Origin: the human T2T-CHM13v2.0 reference genome, Homo sapiens
Reading direction: 5' to 3' (one strand)
Length of the DNA: 64,000 bases
NCBI RefSeq assembly: GCF_009914755.1
Contig: NC_060932.1
The translations under genes were made by a program, and so were the position numbers. The notes beneath the pieces were generated by a model. It saw only the letters and a list, made by a program, of their open reading frames with translations. It made no database searches and was not told where the DNA came from. Below, in pieces: positions 1 to 15,246 of the stretch (position 1 is its first letter; the number at the start of each line of letters is the position of its first letter).

Positions 1-1084
1 ACTCCATCTCTTTTCAGATAGTGCATAGGACTCAGAAACATTGATGTTCTATGATTTGCTGTTTTCATGAAGGACACAAAAGTATCTGGTATCAGAAGAG
101 AGATACATTTTACTTATGGATGTTGGAAAATCGTTCTGCAATCTCATACTACTTCGCAGAACTGGCCTATGATAATGTGAGTATTGAATCTGAGAGCTCT
201 TGTCTCAAATGGAAATCATGACAGATTAGACTGATGTGGCCCAGGAATTAGCAACATGATTTTCCATTTTGCAGCTTGTGACTGAAAAAGTATCTTCATT
301 TTTGGAAATACCATAAACAAAATAAAAGACCTATATGACTTCCATCTTCTATACACCTGAGGAGGCAAGTGAAGACTGTGACTCTATTTCTCTTGTTCCA
401 CTATTTCAATCAAGGTGGCTTACTAATTTCTGCCTATGAACTAAGCTCTGCCTGTAATCATGGACCACACTTCTACCAAACTCAAAAGCCGTTTCTGAAA
501 ATTCTGGCTAGCACATGTAAGGTCCACCTTCCTTGCTGTTCATACGTTGTGCCTGATATTCATTTATTATTTTATTTTTCCTAAGCTATTGATTATTCCA
601 TCTGCTACTGGTATAGCTGACTAAACATACAACATACTATATTTTAAACTATAGTCCTGTGATTACTGTTACTTTTTCTATTCCCTCAAATAACTTGTTT
701 TTCCTCTGGGCATCTCTGATAATTTACCTGTGGAACAGGAATAATTATAGGCCAATTATACATTTACTATGAAAACATTCATGTAGAGTGGAATCGTGAA
801 AAATTCAATAAATATTAGTAATGATATTACTGTTAATATTATGACCATATCTGCTACAAGGAAATTTAATAATTATAAGCATCTAAAACAATAACTAGTT
901 TAATTAACTATAAAAATTACACTTGACTATTTACTGTAAAACTAAAGACAAAAAGAACTTTACACAAACATATTGATCTATAGTTGGTAAATCTGTTTAC
1001 AGAAAAATATGAATTACTAATTCTGAAGTTACTTTTAGGATAATCTAAGAGTAAACAAATTGGTAAACATACTGTGTATAATGA

Positions 1085-2089
1085 GTGCCTGGTTTTTCTA
1101 TTGTTGGAAAAAGATGTTATAAATGAAGAAATAGGGAAAGCTAGAATGAGCCTTGTGGTGTTGGAATGGAATCAGAATTATCAGCATGAACTCATGGTTT
1201 GTAATATATGTGCAAACAGTAAGATATAGAAACATATATACATTTGTGACACATATAAATACTTCATATATATATATATATATACATCCTAGCTTGTGCT
1301 CTAAGGAACAAGAAATAACAATGCCCTAGTAGCAATGAGCATACCTAGTATGCATATCTTAGCTATTAAGTCTATTCTTCAATAAAAGGAACCAAGGCTC
1401 TTTGGAGGAAATTATTCTAGAGAAACTACAGGATGACTTTGGAATGTAGAGGGGTATAAAAAATTAAAGTAGTGTTTATAAAATGATGGAGAAATTTGAC
1501 TAAAAGGACACAAGTAACAACCTGGAGATACCCGTGACCAGGTCTGAAATAATTTGAATAAGAATATAAATTGATAAAATAAATATTCATATTCTATACT
1601 AATATAAATAGATATTTGAATAGATAAATAAATGAGGGTTAATGGACAGTTTATTCTTAAAATAGAACCCCAATTAGTAAACGTAGAGTGAATGGTAAAA
1701 TTAGAAAATTACCATTTGGTAAATACTGCAGTTTATATTTATTGCAGATGAGAATCAGAAATGGCTCTGGAAATCAGGGGGTGAGCAAATAGTGAGAGAA
1801 AGAATATTTGCATAGTCTCAAACTATCACCCATCTTAAATTTTATCAATTACAAGGGGAAAATAATAACTTTACAATGAAGACATCTGGCATACACCACT
1901 TTAACTATATGATCACAAGCTATCACTACCGAGAACAAGGCATGAAGCCATCATGTACCTCCCAGGTGATGTCCAGAGAAGAACCTGGCATCTCTTCTAT
2001 CCTGTTCTTGCAAAAAATGTATAACCTTAATTTAATCAGGAGGAGACATCAGAGAAACTCAATTTTAAAGGCAGTTTGCAAATTACCTG
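1085..2089 (+). mobile_element. Old L1M (L1MC3/L1MC4-like) 3' UTR fragment, interrupted by the younger L1
   Basis: Resembles the L1MC 3' end (tggaatcagaattatcagcatgaactcatgg; gaaatctggc-like/acaccactttaac; cttaatttaatcaggaggagacatcaga). Continues at about 5757-6080. Boundaries approximate. Confidence 0.6.
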
Positions 2090-5640
<3,551 letters not shown>

Positions 5641-5694
5641 CAAAATATTAAAATATATATATATGAAGGAAGTTAAATTTAAAAAAGAAAGAAA

Positions 5695-5752
5695 TGTTTA
5701 AACAACTGAGCATGACTGTGTGCCAATAAAATGTTATTTCTAGACACTGAAA
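5695..5752 (+). mobile_element. MER58-like hAT MITE fragment
   Basis: catgactgtgtgccaataaaatgttatttctagacactgaa resembles the MER58 core. Confidence 0.45.
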
Positions 5753-5756
5753 AAAA

Positions 5757-6080
5757 AACTGACCAGAACTTCCAAAATTTCAAATCATGGAAAACAAAGA
5801 AGGATTGAAGGAAACTAAGAAGTCATTACAAATAAATACAATGTGTGATCCCACATTAGATCTTGGGCCTGAAAAAGGACAATGGTGAGACAGTATACAA
5901 AATATAAATTACAGATTAGCAGATCTGTTTATTACATTAATGATAATTTCTCAGATTTGATAGTTATAATTTGGTTATATAACATGTTAACATTTTGAGA
6001 AGCTGGGTGAAAGATTTATGGGAACTCTTTACTTTTGTAATATTTTAAAGTCAAATTATTTCAAAATATAAAGTTAAAAA
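5757..6080 (+). mobile_element. Remainder of the L1MC-like 3' end
   Basis: aaatacaatgtgtgatcc ... aagctgggtgaaagatttatgggaactct ... aaattatttcaaaatataaagttaaaaa, a typical L1MC terminus. Confidence 0.6.
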
Positions 6081-6464
6081 TTATATACATATGCACACAT
6101 ACATGATCATCGAAATATAATGTAGTCAATACAGCTATTAAAATTATGTACAAAATGCCATGAGATCCTGAAAGAGTGGATAATAGCATATCTACCAGTT
6201 CTTAAATTCTCTCTTGATGAGAATGAAAGGAAATATTATCAAGATTATAGCCGAGCAATAGACCTATTGTCCTAGGCAAACCAGGCTACCAGTCACCCTA
6301 ATTTTTCAAAGAACCAGCAAGTGATCATCAGATTGAAGCAGAAGATGGCATTTCAGGTAGGGAGAAAATGAGAAAGAGGAAACCAAACCAAGGAAGCACA
6401 AGGTGTGCCTGAAGCCAGGAGAAAATTCAGAGTCAGACGCCTCAGTTCATCTTCAGATCCCAAG

Positions 6465-7310
6465 TCCTTGACATGTGCCAGGCTCTGTTTTTACAGGAAT
6501 AAAACAATAAATAACATGTAATAGGTCCTTGCATTCATGGAGCTTATACACTAGTAGGAAAAACTAAAAGTAAACTAATAAATACCTATAACATAAAATA
6601 AATCGTTTTACAATGAGAGTTACGTAAACAACTGAATGGGTTCCCTTTGGATGGTGTGGTCCGGGGACATGACATTGAAACTCAGATCTGAAAGCTCAGG
6701 GAGAACTGGTATACAAACAGGTGGTGTGTGGAGGATGCGTGGGTTTTGTGGGCACACATTTTAGGCAGAGGGTCAAGTAGTGCAAAATTACTATGCTGGA
6801 AATGAACTTAGCATATTCTGGGGGCCCAAAAAAGGCAAGTGTGGCTGAAAATGGGAAGACCAGAAGGAAATGATGCCAGAGAAGTGGTCAGGATCCTGAG
6901 TATTTAGTGTTTCAGAAGCCCAGAAAATAAATTCACATTCCCCCCCAACACACACACCCGACTCAGTTTAAATATGTTCTTCTTAGTAATTGAAGGATTT
7001 TCAGTGGAGGAGTGAGCTGATCTGACATATAGTTAGAAAAACCATTCTGGCTCCTTGAGAAATTGATTGGGGTGGAAAATGGCAACAGAAGAGGAAAATA
7101 GTGGATTTAGAAGACTCTCCAATTTACGTAGTAGATGATGGTGGAAGCAGAGAGGGAGAACCAGAAAATTTAAGACAAAATTCAGAGGTAGGACTTGCTG
7201 ATGGGCTTGAAAGAGAACACCAATTGGATGCTACTATTTACTAAGATGGGATTTTAGTGGAAAGATTTTAAGAAGAGTGTGGCTTAGTCAAAATTGAATT
7301 TTGAGAAATA
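6465..7310. mobile_element. L2 LINE fragment
   Basis: tgtgccaggctctg ... ggtccttgcattcatggagcttatacactagt ... gacattgaaactcagatctgaa ... accattctggct, degenerate L2 3' region. Confidence 0.65.
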
Positions 7311-7320
7311 ATTCTGGCTG

Positions 7321-7666
7321 CAGTGTTTTCTAAACCTCTGTTATTATAATATGACCTTCCTAATTTACTGCAATCCTATGAACCTCTTGTGTTATTAAAT
7401 TTATATGAACTGCTACTCTTTAAATATATTTATACCGTTAATAATTTGCATGGAGTCATTTTTTTGCTTACACATGTGTTATGTTAAAAAAAAAACACTT
7501 TACTTTTTTTGGGAAAATATAAGCCAGTGGTAGGCTTATTTGCTAAAGGTTCTACTTTGGTATAACGAGAAGAACTTACAATAGAAATAACTTCATCATA
7601 TGTAATTCAATATTTCTTTAATGTTGTGCCTGTAGAACCACATAAAATCACCAGTTAAGAAACACC
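7321..7666. mobile_element. hAT-Charlie-type non-autonomous DNA transposon
   Basis: Degenerate terminal inverted repeats cagtgttttctaaac ... gttaagaaacacca around an AT-rich interior. Confidence 0.45.
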
Positions 7667-9541
7667 AACTTAAAGGCAGAAAAAGTTGTCAAGGGTTATT
7701 AAAATTCACCAACTGATGGTGTCTTCTGCTAAAATCCAATACTCTATCATAGTATTCTTTCTGAAACATTTTTGTGTGGGAGTGGAAACAACAAAAATGT
7801 ATAGATAAATATTCTTTTTCTAAAATTAATTTTAGTAAAAAGCAGGTCTATGTGATGTAAAATATTCTATTGTTGTGAAAGAGTTAATTCCCTAAGCTCT
7901 CAACTTGCTCACAGGAAATGAATTAGGTTCGGAATGAATCCAGCTCATTTATTCTTTTACTCAAGATTCACTCATTGGCCTCAGGCTTGTGATTACTGGT
8001 GAAAAATAAATATAAAACATTTACATTCAATGTGGAAGTTAAATAAGAAGACAGGGACGATTCCCCGTAGGTAAACCACCAACAAAATAGACTCTTATAC
8101 CATTTACTGAAGGCTGACATTGAAGCTCCAGGGAGCAGAAAGGTGTGAGATATTTAGAGAAAACATAAACCATTTATAGTTATGATTTGCACTGGGTCAG
8201 ACGTTCAGGAGAGGGGTTGTCAGCAGTATTGGTGAATTCAAAATAGATATTACTATTCATGGCACACATGGAGGCGCTGCCTTCTCTCGTAAGTTCTTTC
8301 TCTAAAAAACTGTGAAGAGTAAGTGTGTATGCAGAAATATTACTCTGAGGGTTCTCCTTCATCTCACTATATTGCCTAACAAATTGTAGGAAAATTTAGC
8401 GTAAACAATGGTCCCAGTGAAAGCTGTTTCTTTTTTGGTCTTCATGCACTTAAGAATTAGATTTCCTCAAATTTTTATTCCAGGTGTATTATATTCCACT
8501 CTTATGCCCATTCTTCCTTGCTTGCAGCTTACATTATTACCACTTCAACCTTACAGCCTTTCATAGTATGTCTCACAGTCTCCCATCTCTGGGAATGAGC
8601 CCTGTCAGTCCCCTCTACTTAAAATACCTTTCTACAAACTGCCTCTCCAGAAGTCCTCCCAGCTTTCAAAAACCAGCTGAAATTCCACATTTTCCAGAAA
8701 TCTTCCCGAAATCCATCTCACCTCGTATTTTCTAGACTCTAGATCTCACTTGAAACTGCTGCATCAGGCTGTATTGCTATTTTTAGCAAAAGCTTCCAGT
8801 GATTTTGATAACCAGAAAAATCCAGAAAACAGTTCTCTAGTCAAAATCCATTGTCTTGTGTTTTTACATTTGTTTGTACATAGTGTTTTATAATTTTATG
8901 ATGTTATATGAAATAATACATTTACAGAACTGTCTCTCCTAAACTGTAACAATTATTAGCATGTTGGATTTGCCTGTTATTTACACGTCTAAGACCTACG
9001 AATTTGGGGAGTATAATAGGCATATATTATTATACTAATTCATATGTTAATTGTTCAAAGTAGTAGTAGATGCCAGTGGTTTTATTGCTTAAATACTACA
9101 TATTATACATTAATTTTAATCATACATTAGTTAAGTTTCTACTATTTCCAGACACTGTTAAAAATTGGAGACAAGAAATATTAATAAGACATACTCTCTA
9201 ACTTGAATACACTGAATTTTGAAAAGCTAAAATGTGCTGGTGTATAAATTATGATTTTTTCATGTTCCATAAAACAGAAGTATAGACAAGGTATTAGAGT
9301 TGAGCAGATGGAAGTTGACTTCATAGAGAAGCAACTTTGGCAGACAAATTGAGGTTCATTCTAGGGAATAATGTGGGTGGTGGCATCCATCTGCAAAACG
9401 CAGACACGTGAAACAACGAGATGCTTTCAATGATTACCCATTTTAATGACACTATATTTTATGGGAAAATTAAAAGATGGTCCATATTCTATCTCATTGG
9501 AAGATGAAGCAGTGTTTTCCAAAGCCAAGTTTAAATACTAC

Positions 9542-10637
9542 TGTCAAAGTAAAAATTGCACTGGACACATTTAAAAAGACAAGGAGACTTTATTCAAGAA
9601 TATTGTAGTAGAAGAGTAGCAGTGAATCAATCTATTAGAAAGATACTAGAAAAGTTATGGGTGAGGTTGATCAATGGGATGTATCTAGAATTTCAAGATA
9701 TAGTGGCGTGATCTTGGTTCACTGCAGCCTCCGTCTCCTGGGTTCAAGTGATTCTCCTGCCTCGGCCTCCTCCAGTAGCTGGGATTACAGGTGCCTGCCA
9801 CCACACCTAGCTAACTTTTTGTATTTTTAGTGGAGGTGTGGTTCCACCATGTTGGCCAGGCTGGTCTCAAACTCCTGACCTCAAATGATCCGCCTGCCTT
9901 GGCCTCCCAAAGTACTGGGATTACAGACGTGAGCCGCAGCACCTGGCCTAAGTTGGTAAATGTTTTTCTCTGTGATTAGCCCATCCTTGTTTGCTAATTG
10001 GCTCCCATCAAAGATAGGCTCCTATGCTCCCCCAGAGATCAGAATAGAGGGGCACCATCTTCTGTGATGATTACATTTCAAGGGTATGCCTCCCAGGTTC
10101 TTGAGAACTCTATTCCTGGGTTGTAAGACTCGTGAGAGTCTTTTGAAAAGATTTACATCTCAAGGGGCCAGAAAAAGACTTAAAAGTTACAAGATTTTGA
10201 GAGCCAGTGCTCTAAGAAACGGAGCTCAGGGTGCTAGAATCAGGAAGAAGGCTATCTAAAATTCATAATTTTTAAGATGTAAGCAATAATACTTTTGCTA
10301 AAATTTATAGCTTTTGCTAAAAATTTATAGAACTATCTCTCTTGAACTGTGGTAATTATTAGCATAATGGATTTGCTTCTTATTTACGTGCCCAAGACCT
10401 ATAAATTTTGGGAGAATAATAGGTGTATGTGATCATACCAATCCATATGTTAATGGTAAAAAGTAGTAATACATGCTAGTGATTTTATTTACATCTCAAA
10501 GGGCCAGAAAAAGACCTTATGATTACAAGATTACTAAAGCCAATGCTCTAAGAAGGTGGGGGTCAGGATCCTAGAATCAAGAAGAAACCTACCTAAAGTT
10601 TAGTCAAGCTGAGAGGAACACTAAGGCCCTTTGGTAC
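9542..10637 (-). mobile_element. ERV1 solo LTR (MER67/MER31 group), disrupted by an Alu and an internal duplication
   Basis: Reverse complement begins accaaagggccttagtgttcctctcagcttgactaaactttag and ends ...ctttgaca, as I recall for MER67-like LTRs. Confidence 0.6.
9702..9948 (-). mobile_element. AluS lacking its 3' end and poly(A) tail
   Basis: Alu antisense from agtggcgtgatcttgg to cacctggcc. No T-tract at the left boundary. Confidence 0.92.
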
Positions 10638-10825
10638 CACCTATGATAATTTATCTATGATCTAGGTCCCAGATACAAGCAATTCCCATTCTCATTCTAT
10701 GGCCAGACATTCATGCATAGTCCCGTATTTTCTATGCATTTTTGTACTGACCTGAAGGAATGAATAGGAGTTTGATAAACAGTGAAAGAGATGAGGAACA
10801 TTCTAGGCAAATGCAGCAACATGAG

Positions 10826-11212
10826 TGTGTTAGTCTGTTTTGTGTTGCTATAAAAGAATACCCGAGGATGGATAATTTATAAAGAAAAGAGGCTTATTTT
10901 GGTTCATCGTTCGACAGACTGTACGAGAAGCATGGCATCAACATCTGCTTCTAATGATGCCTCAGCAAGATTCTAATTATGACAGAAGGTGAATGAGGAG
11001 AAGATGTATCACACAGTGAGAGCAACAGCAAGAGGTGCTAGGTTCCTTTGAATAACCAGCTCTCACGTGTAATTATCATGGGGAAGACACCAAGCCACTC
11101 ATGAGAGATCCACCCGCATGACCCAAACATCTCCGACCAGGACCGCTCCTCCAACACTGGGGGTCACATTTCAACATGAGATTCGGAAAGGATAATTATC
11201 CAAACTATGTCA
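10826..11212 (-). mobile_element. MaLR solo LTR (MSTB-like)
   Basis: tgtgttagtctgttttgtgttgctataaaagaatac ... cacatttcaacatgagatt ... caaactatgtca. Confidence 0.85.
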
Positions 11213-11484
11213 ATAAGCAAATGAGTAGAGAAAAATGAAAGCACAATGTTTAGAGTGTCAGAGGTCATGTATTTCCATTTCTTTTCTTATTGTCTATTCA
11301 GTGGAAACAAAAACATTTTGCATAATTTCTCAATTTGAATATGCAGCAAAACTTATTCTAAAATTCTAGGAACATGGCTGAAAATGTGCTTTTGGTCTAA
11401 TCATTATTATATATTTGTCTAGCTACTAACTATTGACTGCAATTTACTACATGCTATGCTACACATTTGACTTTCTTTTTTCTA

Positions 11485-11847
<363 letters not shown>

Positions 11848-13252
11848 TTAAAAAAATTAACTTACTAAAGAGAGACCTTTTGCTCAGTGAAGTTCAGTGG
11901 CTGTGTAAAGCTAGAGTTAGTAAGCAGCAGTGTACATTCAAGCCTTGCTCCGACCTGGCTTCAAAGCAGAACCCATTTCATTTATATCACTCTGATTCTC
12001 CACAATCTGTTTGCATTATGTTATGTTGTTTTGTTATGGTGTTTTATATTATATTCTTTCTTCTCAAATAATCCAATGGGTTTTTTAGAGTTTAATATCT
12101 CTGAAGTTTCAAAGAAAGATTAAGAGACTTAAGCCTTCTCAAAGCTAAAATGATGCCTGAGATCACAACACTGGTTACTTCTCACTCCTAGGGAACCGCC
12201 ATAATTAGTATAGTATTGCTTTTCAGAATCTACTCCCGGGAATTAATTGCATGATTAGAACCCAATCAAATACTATTACATTTGTGACCAAGATGTTGAA
12301 AATCTAATATTCAGACAAACTGATCTGATTAATCATTTGAAAATGGAACAGTTCTTAAATTACAAGGACTAGAAAGAAAGTCTGAAATAGTTAAACTACA
12401 GCTTGGGCTCTGTGGAGGGGAATTTTTCTGCAGCCATTTCCTCTACCCTCTGATCCTTCCTGAATCATTCTCCTTTTGTCCGCCAAAGACAGCAAGTTGA
12501 TTACCTTTTTGTGTCTCCCTTTTCAAACACATCGCTGAAGCCAAGAGTAATTGTGCATTCAGCATTGGTATGAAAACCCATGATCACGTTAAAGTAATTG
12601 TAGCTTTTCATTCCCTGGCAAACAAGCTTTAAAGAAACAAGAGAAAATTTCATGTCAGCTCTAAACAGCTTTCCTCTTTGTCCTTAAAACATTTATCAAT
12701 GTTTAATTTTTGAAGAGCTACATAGTCGTGAAAGGTGGTGGCAATCATGGCAAGAGAAATAACCTCAGGAGAAACAAAACGAATAAATGTCAGGAAAGTG
12801 ACCATAACACTGACAGCAAATGAGCTTCCACAAGTTTAATTACCAGGAAATGCATGACCCTGTTGTTACTAACAAGACTGAAATCAACTAGCCTGAAGTT
12901 TCCAGGGTAGGGACTGCAACTAATTATTTGGTCAAGCTTCTTTGATAATGGACTCCGGGATATCTGCCATTGGCTTCCTACCTTGGAATTGCCTCTCTTT
13001 CTGAAAGCAGTCTTTTAACAAGAGAATTTGGAAAATATAGACAATCTCCCGAAGTAGTTCCCAAATATTAATTTAAAGTAATACAAAGGATAAAGAAACC
13101 ATTTATTCTATTCCAAGAGAAGTGTGATCTTTGATCCTGTGAATTTTTTCAGACTCAATCAATAGTAGCCCTTAGTAGGCCCTTAAATATAGTTGAATAC
13201 ATGAGTGAAAAAAAATATGCCAATGGGGATTCACTTTATTTTCATATGGTAA

Positions 13253-13698
13253 TGTGAAAGGAAAATAAATCTTGGGGACCCCAAATCACTAAGCTAAAGG
13301 GAAAAGTCAAGCTGGGAACTGCTTATGGCAAACCTGTCTCCCAGTCTATTCAAAGTCATCCCTCTGCTCACTGAGATGAATGCCTGACTGATTGTCTCCT
13401 TTGGAAAAGCCAATCAGAAACTCCAGAGAATGCAACTGTTTGTCTCTCACCTACTTGTGACCAGAAGCCCCCTTCCTGCTTGAGTTGGCCCCGCTTTCTG
13501 GATGGAACCAATGTACATCTTACATATATTGATTGATGTCTCACGTCTTCCTAAAATGTATAACCAAACTGTGCTCTGACCACCTTGGGCACATGTCTTC
13601 AGGACCTCCTGAGGCTGTGTCATGGGCCTGTGTCCTCAACCTTGGCAAAGTAAATTTTCTAAATTAACTGAGACAGTCTCAAATATTCAGGGTTCACA
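13253..13698 (+). mobile_element. ERV1 solo LTR, MER4A1-like
   Basis: TG...CA termini (tgtgaaaggaaaataaatc ... gggttcaca) and a perfect 4-bp target-site duplication gtaa at 13249-13252 and 13699-13702. Confidence 0.88.
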
Positions 13699-13929
13699 GT
13701 AACTTTCAATAAAGTTTTTCTTTATTGCAAAAAAATTGTTGTCATACATAATGATGGATTCTAAATGTTCAAGACTAAATATAAAAATTATGGTTAGACA
13801 AAAGATTCTTGAATGTCTAAGTTATTGTTTCCTTTACCTATTTATTTATCCATTCATTTATAAGTATTTATTAAATGAATTTCAGAGGTTAGCAACCATA
13901 GAATTAGTCATTAATGGATACAAAGGTGT

Positions 13930-14376
13930 TGTGGTCATCAATTTTATGTATCAACTTGACTCGGCTAAGAAATGCCCAGATAGCTGGTGAGACAGTATTT
14001 CTGAGTGTGTCTGTGAGGGCATTTCCAGAAGACATTAGTGTTTAAATCAGCAGGCAGAGTAAAGAAAATCAAATTCACCAGTATGGAAGAGTATCATCTA
14101 ATTAATTGAGGGACCAAATATAACAAAAAGGTGAAGGAAGGGCAAATTTATTGTCTCTCTTTGAGTTGGAAGATCTATCTTCTCCTGGTTCTTGGGCCCT
14201 TGGACTAGAATTCGGACTTACATCATTGGCTTTCTTGCTTCTCAGGCCTTCGGGCTTGAGTTAGAACTATACCAGTGGCTTCCCTGGGTCTCCAACTTAC
14301 AGAAGGCAGATCAGCCTATATATGATTTATTATGTTACATATATGATTTATTATGAGGCATTGGTTAACACTGTGA
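13930..14376 (+). mobile_element. ERVL LTR, MLT2-type (partial)
   Basis: aattttatgtatcaacttgactcggctaagaaatgcccagatagctggt ... tgtgtctgtgagggcatttccagaaga, a typical MLT2 5' region. Confidence 0.85.
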
Positions 14377-14441
14377 GCTTATATACATGTATGTGTATAT
14401 ATATATAGAGAGAGAGAGACACATACATATATGTGTGTGTG

Positions 14442-14823
14442 TGTCAGATTCTCCCCGGGGCCTGAAAGCTTAAGGAGATGAGTAACTCCTCCTTCGCAGG
14501 CCCAGTCCCAAGACACAAAGCCACTTGGCACCAGCAGCGTGTGTCAGCAAGAGAGCAGAAGCAGGAAGAGAGCCAGCCAGAAGACACGTACCTCTGAAGA
14601 TCGAGAAAGAGGCCATCCAGGTACAACGTAGCAGTCAGACTAGGACACTTCCTGTTTACAGGAGACTATCAAACCTTTGTCCCATCCTCACTTAGGGCTG
14701 ACGCCATTTTAGGCCTCAGCCGGCCTGCACCCAGGCACTCATTAAAACAGCATATTGCTCCACACCGCATCGTGTTGTCTGTTGGCATGCTTTTGGGGTT
14801 TGAACCAATACAAGAACCTTACA
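14442..14823 (+). mobile_element. 5' LTR (MER48-like)
   Basis: tgtcagattc ... aagaaccttaca, with attaaa poly(A) signal. Direct repeat of 20545-20935. Confidence 0.92.
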
Positions 14824-14825
14824 TC

Positions 14826-14843
14826 TGGTACCAAAACCTGGGA
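14826..14843 (+). promoter_or_regulatory. Primer binding site, tRNA-Phe type
   Basis: tggtaccaaaacctggga matches 15/18 to TGGTGCCGAAACCCGGGA, the complement of the tRNA-Phe 3' end. It starts 2 nt after the LTR. Confidence 0.85.
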
Positions 14844-14975
14844 GTGGCTCAGGTCTGCATACCCTGTGGACCTAACCCTCCACCCCAGAGAGCAGGCCAC
14901 AGCTGCCAGACAAAGGAAGCTCCTCAGCCTCCAGTCACCTCTCCGTGCATGCACATCGGTCACTGATCTCGCCTA

Positions 14976-14984
14976 CTGGTAAGT
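14976..14984 (+). promoter_or_regulatory. Probable proviral major splice donor
   Basis: ctg|gtaagt in the leader between the PBS and gag. Confidence 0.55.
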
Positions 14985-15246
14985 TTCCCGGGGGCCTGGT
15001 TAACAAGGGAAAATCCACACGGCCTCTCTTGGTTTCTCCGGTCCAAAAATCCAAAGTTGGTCCAAGAAGGCTCCGGTGTGTGCCAGGAACTCGCTGATCA
15101 TCTGGTCTTAGGGGGACGCCTCTAAGCCATTTGATCCCATTCAGGGAACGAGAAAAGCAGCGGTGACGATTGCTCCTTTTATCGTCTCCCTCCAGCCGTC
15201 CAGGACGGTCTCCTTTTTCCCTGTTCTCCCAAGCTGACCCTCGGTT

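Noticed and set aside
8180-8288. Possible exon ending at ctctc|gtaagt
   Set aside because: The acceptor lacks a polypyrimidine tract and no recognisable protein is encoded.
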